Shown here piece after piece: positions 26,097-32,933 of a DNA stretch of 42,058 nucleotides (within the stretch, counting starts at the first letter, position 1; every line of letters begins with the position of its first letter). Made by a program: the position numbers and the translations under genes. The stretch lies in the NCBI GenBank assembly GCA_964640985.1, contig CAZXJG010000004.1, positions 1 to 42,058 of the forward strand, given 5' to 3'. This stretch comes from an uncultured Melioribacteraceae bacterium (lineage in GTDB: Bacteria > Bacteroidota > Ignavibacteria > Ignavibacteriales > Melioribacteraceae). The notes beneath the pieces were generated by a model. The model saw only the letters and a program-made list of their open reading frames with translations. It searched no databases and had not been told where the DNA came from.

Positions 26097-28579
26097 CATG
26101 GAATGTAAATCCGGATTATTGGTCGGCAACCGATGCATTAGGAAGGACTATACCTACCGAAAATGAAACAGGTTCAACAAAAAGCGGAAAATATGTCGGA
26201 ATATTCTATTGGACTTGGCATACAGATCAAAATGCCGATTTTTCACCTGTTATTAATATTTCAAATATTCTTAGGAAAGACCCTAATGCGGCACATGAAT
26301 TAAATAATCCGGCATGGAAAGGAATCATCAACGGTGGGGTTTTCTGGTGGGATGAACCTTTGTTTGGATACTACCGGACAACTGATGATTGGCTATTACG
26401 TAAACATGCCCAAATGCTTGCTGATGCCGGGATTGATGTAGTATTTTTTGATGCTACAAACGGCACTTATACTTGGAAATCATCTTATATGGAATTACTA
26501 AAAGTATGGGAACAAGCAAGAAAAGATGGGGTCAAGACTCCTCAAATCGCTTTCATTCTTCATTTCCGAGCTGATAAAGAGTCATTAGCCGAAATTACAG
26601 AATTATATAATGATTTATATCAACCTGGGTTATATAAAGATCTGTGGTTTATGTGGGATGGCAAACCTCTAATTATGGCCTATCCTGGAATGCTTGTAGC
26701 TAGCAATAATAGTGCCGGATTGAAATTTAAAGCTGATTCCTCATTTATTGGGGTGGATGCAGCTTGTCCTAGTTGGGGTAATAATATAGGTAATCTTACT
26801 TTAACATTGTACAAATGGAAAACTGATTATGCCACAACGGTTAATGGAACACCCATCGCAGATTCAACATTTGTAAATTTTCACGATAATGAACGTCTTA
26901 GATTAAATATTAAGCCACAACCTCCGGGAGAATATTATTGGGAGTTGAGCAATGCTACAGAGGTAGTTGGTGTTTGGAAATGGAATAATACAAAGGATTC
27001 GGTTACTAGTTATTTCAATGGAAAAGTTGTAACAGATGGTAATTATGACAGTAGAATTTATTATGCTGATGGTATTTCAAAAAATTTAACTAATGACGAT
27101 GGTACAGGTCATACGCCAGTTCAAATTCTACCGGGTGCAAATACTGCTTTAGTTAATGATATAAAGAATTTTTTCACATTCCGACCGGGTCAACCTGACT
27201 ATGTTAATGGTCCCTCACGAAATGACCAGTGGGGTTGGCTTGAAGATTATCCTCAGCATGGGTATGGTAAAAAAGCTAACGGCGGTTATGAAGAGGTACC
27301 GGTTGGAGTAGCTCAAAATGCCAGTGGTGCCAGCGGCGGTCATGCATCTGCTTTTAATGAACCTGATACTTATGGACGAAGTTACACTAAAGCCAATGGA
27401 CAAGATACTAGTTCTGATGCATATTTCTATGGACTTAATTTTCAAGAGCAATGGAGCAGAGCATTTGAATTAAATCCTGACCTAGTATTTGTTACCGGAT
27501 GGAATGAATGGATAGCAGGACGTTGGAGTACTACTAATTGGTCTAATCCTTATGCACCTTTTTCTTTCGTAGACGAATACAATTGGGGAAAAAGCCGCGA
27601 TATAGAACCTGTAAAATCATGGGGAGATAATGGAGATGACTATTACATGCAGTTAGTTAGTAACGTACGAAAGTTTAAGGGAATGCAAATGCAAGAACCT
27701 GCATCTGCTATGAAAACTATTATTATGGGAAAATTTGATGATTGGACAAATGTAAAACCGGAATACCGGGATTACAAGGGAGATACAATATGGCGGAACT
27801 CTAAAGGACAAGGCGATAGTCTTTATTACAGTAATCATACCGGACGCAATGATATAGTATTGGCAAAAGTAGCCAGGGATACAAATTATATTTATTTTTA
27901 TGTTGAAACTGCGGCAACTTTGACGTTCAAAACTAATCCTAAATGGATGCGGTTGTGGATAGATATTGACCGGAGCAAGAAAACCGGTTGGGAAGGATAT
28001 GATTATGTTATTAATCTGATAAGTCCGGGTGATTCACTAGTAATAGAGAAAAGCACGACCGGATGGAATTGGAAAAGAGTAGGTTCGGCAGCATACGCAA
28101 TAAAGGATAGTGCGCTGGAATTGAAAGTAAAACGATCATTATTGAATGTGAAAGGGAAAAAATTAAATTTTGAATTTAAGTGGAGCGATAACAGTGAGAA
28201 CGATGGTAATATTATGGATTTTTATGTTAATGGAGATGCTGCACCTGACGGCAGATTTAATTATGTATATTCAACTCAAACTACCACCGATGTAAGTGAA
28301 CAGACTAAACAACCGGAGAGTTTCTCCTTATCGCAAAACTACCCAAATCCGTTCAATCCCACTACAACAATTAATTACAGTATATATAAAAGCAGTTTGG
28401 TTACTCTTAAAGTCTACAATATGTTAGGACAGGGAGTTGCTACATTAGTTAACCAGGAACAAACCCCCGGAAACTATACGGTAAACTTCAATGCTTCAAG
28501 ATTAGCATCGGGTGTATATATGTATAAAATACAAGCCGGTGATTTTTCAGCAATAAAGAAAATGATTTTGCTTAAATGA
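26024..28579 (+). CDS. T9SS-secreted TIM-barrel glycoside-hydrolase-like protein, family unassigned, with C-terminal beta-sandwich module and sorting domain
   Basis: 851 aa. Core pattern GIFYWTWH...EPLFGYYRTTDDWLLRKHAQMLADAGIDVVFFDATNG...VTGWNEWIAGRW...FVDEYNWGKSRDIEP. C-terminal module ...TGRNDIVLAKVARDTNYIYFYVET...WIDIDRSKKTGWEGYDYVIN...FKWSDN...GDAAPDGRFNYVY. Last 85 aa are a T9SS sorting domain. Confidence 0.7.
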   Translation: MKVIIIQIRFLLYFFLFSLVLEAQTWNVNPDYWSATDALGRTIPTENETGSTKSGKYVGIFYWTWHTDQNADFSPVINISNILRKDPNAAHELNNPAWKGIINGGVFWWDEPLFGYYRTTDDWLLRKHAQMLADAGIDVVFFDATNGTYTWKSSYMELLKVWEQARKDGVKTPQIAFILHFRADKESLAEITELYNDLYQPGLYKDLWFMWDGKPLIMAYPGMLVASNNSAGLKFKADSSFIGVDAACPSWGNNIGNLTLTLYKWKTDYATTVNGTPIADSTFVNFHDNERLRLNIKPQPPGEYYWELSNATEVVGVWKWNNTKDSVTSYFNGKVVTDGNYDSRIYYADGISKNLTNDDGTGHTPVQILPGANTALVNDIKNFFTFRPGQPDYVNGPSRNDQWGWLEDYPQHGYGKKANGGYEEVPVGVAQNASGASGGHASAFNEPDTYGRSYTKANGQDTSSDAYFYGLNFQEQWSRAFELNPDLVFVTGWNEWIAGRWSTTNWSNPYAPFSFVDEYNWGKSRDIEPVKSWGDNGDDYYMQLVSNVRKFKGMQMQEPASAMKTIIMGKFDDWTNVKPEYRDYKGDTIWRNSKGQGDSLYYSNHTGRNDIVLAKVARDTNYIYFYVETAATLTFKTNPKWMRLWIDIDRSKKTGWEGYDYVINLISPGDSLVIEKSTTGWNWKRVGSAAYAIKDSALELKVKRSLLNVKGKKLNFEFKWSDNSENDGNIMDFYVNGDAAPDGRFNYVYSTQTTTDVSEQTKQPESFSLSQNYPNPFNPTTTINYSIYKSSLVTLKVYNMLGQGVATLVNQEQTPGNYTVNFNASRLASGVYMYKIQAGDFSAIKKMILLK
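28322..28576 (+). repeat. T9SS sorting-domain coding module, copy 2 of 3
   Basis: FSLSQNYPNPFNPTTTINYSI...LASGVYMYKIQAGDFSAIKKMILLK. Similar at nucleotide level to copies 1 and 3. Confidence 0.85.
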
Positions 28580-28812
28580 GTGCCAAGCAAAGCTATATTG
28601 CATCTATCCGGATGAAATGTTGCGAACATGGTAAAACTTTACGACCATGTAGTGAGGAGTCAATCTAACTGTACAGCCGAAAAAGCTGGACAAAAAGACT
28701 TATCCTATAAGGAAATGAAATGGATAAGTGTTGGCAGAAAGCCGGATAAGACCATTATTGTAATGTTAAATTTTCCAAGAAAATTGATAATATCTGATAA
28801 TTACTTTTAGAG

Positions 28813-28892
28813 GTAAGTAATGAAAATAATAATTATACAAATACGGTTTTTATTATACTTCTTCCTTTTTTCATTTGTTTTAGAAGCGCAAA
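28813..28892 (+). repeat. 80-nt direct repeat, copy 2 (RBS, start codon and signal peptide fused to a foreign ORF)
   Basis: Encodes MKIIIIQIRFLLYFFLFSFVLEAQ. Similarity to copy 1 stops at ...GAAGCGCAAA, and an internal ATG (MNPNHRAL...) follows immediately. Confidence 0.95.
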
Positions 28893-29884
28893 TGAATCCT
28901 AATCATCGGGCTTTACATGGTGTATTAGGCAGAACAACTACTCATAGAGCACAACAGTCGATCACACCCGTGGATAAGGAGGCAGTTCGGGCGCACTTAC
29001 AGGTAACTGACTTCACAATGCAGCCTGGTGAAGTGGATCAAGCCGTTGTGCTAAGGGATCCTGCCGGTGAGCAAACCGTACTCTTCGACTTGGCCGAAGG
29101 TGGAGCAATCGTTTCATTGAAATATCGTAACATCGAACACGTTTGGGGATATAATGGAGGAGGACTTTTACAAATGGCTTTCCACAATCATAGGAAGGGA
29201 GGGGGTGATTACAATCCCACTCAAGCCGGAGACGGAACAGCTATGTCACCTGTTACCGGCATCTCTGGTCATGGCACAGATTCGGTGGACATCTTAACCA
29301 TGATGCTTGATTTCAATCATAATAACGGATTCTACAAGCATCCATTCCTTGCTGTGTGGGCTGGAAGGATTGATAGCACTATTCCGCTCAGCTATTTTGC
29401 TCCCTATACACTCGAAACCATCGCTCATTGGGTGCCGAATCCTGGCGGCGAACCCAAATACTACCTTAAACTTGACGAGCGTATCACTCATCTTACCGAC
29501 GAGAAGATGGGACAATTCGCTTTTGATTTTGCAGACTATCAACCTTGGAGATTTAGTGTCCGGGCGATCAGCCCAGCGAACTGTCCATGCACATCATCGG
29601 AGACAAACTATATATCTGGAGGTTGGTACTTGGATAAGACGCGCCAAGAAGGCTTAGCCATCGCCATGCCAACCGGCGATTTTTCAAATAACAAGGTCAG
29701 CAGTAATTTTAATGAGGGTTTCAATAGCGATTACATGTGGCGCAACCGCAGTTTTCATCTCTCGGCAAAAGAATCGCTCGATGGAGTGTCATCGAAGCGC
29801 TTCGTTTGGTATGTAATGGTTGGTCCTTGGAATAATGCCTTGCAATTTGCTCGAAAACTCGGTCTTTCCGGAGGTGAGCGATGA
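28820..29884 (+). CDS. Exported protein of unknown family (member P1), G+C-rich, no T9SS sorting domain
   Basis: 354 aa. Paralog of the next gene (VLRDPAGEQ, LAVW.G, PYT.ET...W..NP.GEPKYYL). More distantly related to aa 24-300 of the 31226 gene (DL..GGAI, NP.QAGD, ...Y.VGP/T C-terminal strand). Confidence 0.7.
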   Translation: MKIIIIQIRFLLYFFLFSFVLEAQMNPNHRALHGVLGRTTTHRAQQSITPVDKEAVRAHLQVTDFTMQPGEVDQAVVLRDPAGEQTVLFDLAEGGAIVSLKYRNIEHVWGYNGGGLLQMAFHNHRKGGGDYNPTQAGDGTAMSPVTGISGHGTDSVDILTMMLDFNHNNGFYKHPFLAVWAGRIDSTIPLSYFAPYTLETIAHWVPNPGGEPKYYLKLDERITHLTDEKMGQFAFDFADYQPWRFSVRAISPANCPCTSSETNYISGGWYLDKTRQEGLAIAMPTGDFSNNKVSSNFNEGFNSDYMWRNRSFHLSAKESLDGVSSKRFVWYVMVGPWNNALQFARKLGLSGGER

Positions 29885-31005
29885 GAATTGAAACTTATAA
29901 CCGTCAGCCCAAACCTCATTGGAATAGGCTAAGAACAAAATGCTTTCTAATGATCTTCATCTTCATCATTTTGGCCGGTGGTCCTGTAAAGAGCCAACAA
30001 ATTCCAGACGTCCGGTGTCACACCGAAGATTATCCTGTGAATATGGTTATCTCCTGGCAATCGCGACGGACGCTCAAAACCGTACAAGTAATTGTATTGC
30101 GTGATCCGGCGGGCGAACAAGAAGCACGATTCGATTTGACCCATGGGGCTTCGTTGATTTCGTTGCGCTACCACGGACACGAACTCTTGTATGGGCATAG
30201 TGCAGGAGCGAATGTTGAAATGTTCGCTTTTCGACACGGTAGAGAAAAAGGATTAAAAGGTCGTAGTTCTTACTGGTCCGCGTTTCACCCAAGCCAAGGT
30301 GGAACAAGTATGGGTGTAGCATCCACGACAGTAGGTGTTGCCTGCAATGGCGAGAAGTCAATGCGGGCTATTGCAATGATGGTGGATGCAGGTGTGGACA
30401 ATTCCTTTCAGAAAAAGCCTTTACTCGCTGTGTGGAAAGGTAAGTTAAGCAATCATTTCCCGCCTGGCTATTCCACTCCATACACAATTGAAACAGATGC
30501 GAGTTGGATTCAAAATCCCAATGGTGAACCGAAATACTACTTGAGACTTCATCAAGTAGTCGTGAATGTCCGACCGTCTAACTCAGGTCCTATGGAGTGG
30601 TTTTTAGAAGGTGTAGCACCGTGGTCATTCAAGTATAAGGTCGATGAACCGAAAAACAGTACTGAAAAAACGCCCAGTACCAGCACTACAACACCATTTC
30701 TTATGACCGGACGCTACCAAGACCCGGCACGGACACATGGTTTTGCCATTGTTGTTCCTACCGCAAGCTGGGCGACGAAGCGGGCTTATATTATGGGCAA
30801 CGCTGAATACGTCAAGCTTCTTTATGGAGCTGTTTGGGCCGCACCTCGCCACACTTTTGCCGTGGTCTTATCGCATCAACTCGAGGGTTTGAGAGCATAC
30901 TCTTTTGATTGGTATATCTGCGCAGGGAGCTGGCAACAGGCTCGCGCTTTTGGAGAGTCCTTAACACGTAAAAGTCAATCAAAAGCGACAAAATTCAGTC
31001 ATTAG
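29881..31005 (+). CDS. Exported protein of unknown family (member P2), G+C-rich
   Basis: 374 aa. ATGA start/stop overlap with P1 suggests translational coupling. Has its own hydrophobic N-terminus (CFLMIFIFIILAGGPVKSQQ). Carries HPSQGG where P1 and P3 have NP.QAGD. Confidence 0.7.
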   Translation: MRIETYNRQPKPHWNRLRTKCFLMIFIFIILAGGPVKSQQIPDVRCHTEDYPVNMVISWQSRRTLKTVQVIVLRDPAGEQEARFDLTHGASLISLRYHGHELLYGHSAGANVEMFAFRHGREKGLKGRSSYWSAFHPSQGGTSMGVASTTVGVACNGEKSMRAIAMMVDAGVDNSFQKKPLLAVWKGKLSNHFPPGYSTPYTIETDASWIQNPNGEPKYYLRLHQVVVNVRPSNSGPMEWFLEGVAPWSFKYKVDEPKNSTEKTPSTSTTTPFLMTGRYQDPARTHGFAIVVPTASWATKRAYIMGNAEYVKLLYGAVWAAPRHTFAVVLSHQLEGLRAYSFDWYICAGSWQQARAFGESLTRKSQSKATKFSH

Positions 31006-31091
31006 GTTTGTCCTTTGTCGCACGATGCTGATTGAAATGTTTTTTAGCAAAATGTCCGAACATCTATGTAAAAAAAATTTTTATTTGTTTT

Positions 31092-31202
31092 ATTAATGAG
31101 TCCACTAAAGAAAGATGCATTCATAGAAAAAATGTTTTGATTATGGCAGAAAAACGAATCCCAATATTGGTATAATTACCTTTTTTTAGTGGACTCATTA
31201 AT
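31092..31202. repeat. 111-bp element with 23-nt terminal inverted repeats (22 of 23 matched)
   Basis: ATTAATGAGTCCACTAAAGAAAG (31092-31114) against the reverse complement of 31180-31202, ATTAATGAGTCCACTAAAAAAAG. The loop is 65 nt. The element ends 23 nt before the ATG at 31226. Confidence 0.8.
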
Positions 31203-31225
31203 GGTAGAGACGTATTATAATATTT

Positions 31226-32863
31226 ATGGTAATGAAAATATTGTTTATTCTATTAATAATAGAAGTGTTCAGTTTATCAAGATTAAATGCTCAAACTACT
31301 GAACTAATTGCAGATAATGGGGTACTAAAAGTTAAACTTGATTTAACAAGAGGTGGAGCCATTAGTTATATTTCTCTTTCGGGGAGCAACCTGAATTTGG
31401 TTAATATACACGACAATGGCAGGTACATACAGCAATCTTATTATGCCGGCAAAAGAGTTGACCGTAGAGCCGAAGGTCAGAATCCCGCATGGTCACCCTT
31501 TCCGTGGAATCCTGTTCAAGCAGGAGACAGTTATGGTAATCGCTCAAAAGTACTCGATTACCAACAAAATGGAGATACATTATATGTAAAGAGTATACCA
31601 ATGCTTTGGGATATGAATAATATGCCTGCTGAAGCCGAAATAGAACAGTGGACTATCCTAAAAGGAAATATTATAGAAGTGCATAACAAACTTACTTGTC
31701 ACAGAACAGGTAATATTTATGGAGATAATATACTTCATATTCAAGAATTACCTGCGGTATATTTGATATCCGCATTAAGTAATTTATACACATATTCGGG
31801 TGATGTTCCTTTTACTAATGATATTTTAGATAAGTCTGCTGTTGTAAATTTATCAAGCGGAGGCTGGGGTCAATATCCAACCGTTAGTGAGCATTGGATG
31901 GCATTTGTAAATAATAACAAGTGGGGGGTTGGTATCTACAATCCAAATAGTACTTACTTTTCAGCCGGTATGGCTGGTAATCCCGGCGGCGAAGCTCATG
32001 ATGGTTCTACATCTTATATCTCAGCGAATAGATGGGAAACGTTGAATAAAAATAGTGTATTCGAATATGATTATTATATTATAGTAGGCACGGTGGAAGA
32101 AATACGGGCTAAAGTTTACCAATTGAATGTAAAGAATTACCATCCTCAAATTGAGCGGTGGGAATTTAATGATGATAATAATTTTGAAGGGTGGGGGCTT
32201 TCTCATTCACTTTCGGGCAAAGTAGCAAACGGTTATCTTAATTTGCAAATAACAGGCATCGATCCTTATATGGAAAACTATAATAGTTTGCTTGACGCAT
32301 TAAAGATTAATACCCTTGATATTAAGATGAAAAATAATACTACAGATAACCAAGCAGCCTTTTTTTTTATTCGTTCTGATTCAGTTTTATATCATATGAT
32401 TGGTTTCAATATCGTTCCTAATGATACCGTATACCGTGATTATTTAATTAAACTTGATAGCAATGTAGGATGGAAAGGTACTGTTGTAAGAGTTCGTTTA
32501 GATCCGGCACAAAATGTATCCACAGGTTCTATTAGTATAGATTATATCCGGTTGGAAAATGATATATCAACGAATGTAGCAGTAAATAAATATATGCCGT
32601 TCAAATATGTATTATCGCAAAACTATCCAGATCCATTCAATCCTACTACAACCATTAATTACAAGGTAGCAAAAGTAGGATTAGTCACATTAAATGTATA
32701 CGATATGTTGGGACAACGAGTAGCAACATTGGTAAATAAAGTTCAAAATACAGGGAAATATTCTATTAATTTTGATGCATCAAGATTAGCATCGGGAGTT
32801 TATATGTATAGAATAAATGCCGGTAATTTTTCAGCAACTAAAAAATTGGTATTATTGAAATGA
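31226..32863 (+). CDS. T9SS-secreted protein: unknown-family domain (member P3), CBM-like beta-sandwich, and sorting domain
   Basis: 545 aa with native AT-rich composition and a signal peptide. aa 24-300 are homologous to P1 and P2. The middle module ERWEFNDDNNFEGWG...NGYLNLQITGIDPYM...VRVRLDP...ISIDYIRLEN looks like a carbohydrate-binding or jelly-roll module. Last 85 aa are a T9SS sorting domain. Confidence 0.7.
   Translation: MVMKILFILLIIEVFSLSRLNAQTTELIADNGVLKVKLDLTRGGAISYISLSGSNLNLVNIHDNGRYIQQSYYAGKRVDRRAEGQNPAWSPFPWNPVQAGDSYGNRSKVLDYQQNGDTLYVKSIPMLWDMNNMPAEAEIEQWTILKGNIIEVHNKLTCHRTGNIYGDNILHIQELPAVYLISALSNLYTYSGDVPFTNDILDKSAVVNLSSGGWGQYPTVSEHWMAFVNNNKWGVGIYNPNSTYFSAGMAGNPGGEAHDGSTSYISANRWETLNKNSVFEYDYYIIVGTVEEIRAKVYQLNVKNYHPQIERWEFNDDNNFEGWGLSHSLSGKVANGYLNLQITGIDPYMENYNSLLDALKINTLDIKMKNNTTDNQAAFFFIRSDSVLYHMIGFNIVPNDTVYRDYLIKLDSNVGWKGTVVRVRLDPAQNVSTGSISIDYIRLENDISTNVAVNKYMPFKYVLSQNYPDPFNPTTTINYKVAKVGLVTLNVYDMLGQRVATLVNKVQNTGKYSINFDASRLASGVYMYRINAGNFSATKKLVLLK
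32606..32860 (+). repeat. T9SS sorting-domain coding module, copy 3 of 3
   Basis: My codon-by-codon hand alignment to copy 1 gives about 50 mismatches in 255 nt, roughly 80% identity. Confidence 0.85.
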
Positions 32864-32933
32864 GTTGATGCTATATCTTATTCAATAAAATTAATTTATG
32901 TTACGTAAGTAATAAATAATATGGAGAAATAAT

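Noticed and set aside
28628-28810. 60-aa ORF in the spacer between the 26024 gene and signal-peptide copy 2.
   Set aside because: No Shine-Dalgarno and no recognisable motif. Its composition is intermediate between native and island DNA, so it is more likely non-coding junction DNA.
29294-30852. Cluster of long alternative or antisense ORFs in the G+C-rich cassette (29294-29542, 29307-29657, 29947-30237, 30074-30361, 30625-30852).
   Set aside because: Higher G+C means fewer stop codons, so spurious ORFs are expected. The sense frames are supported by paralogy between P1, P2 and P3, whereas these ORFs have no such support.
30983-31020. GCGACAAA ... TTTGTCGC 8-bp inverted repeat spanning the P2 stop codon, considered as a terminator.
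   Set aside because: The 22-nt loop is long and no U-tract follows, so it is not a convincing intrinsic terminator.
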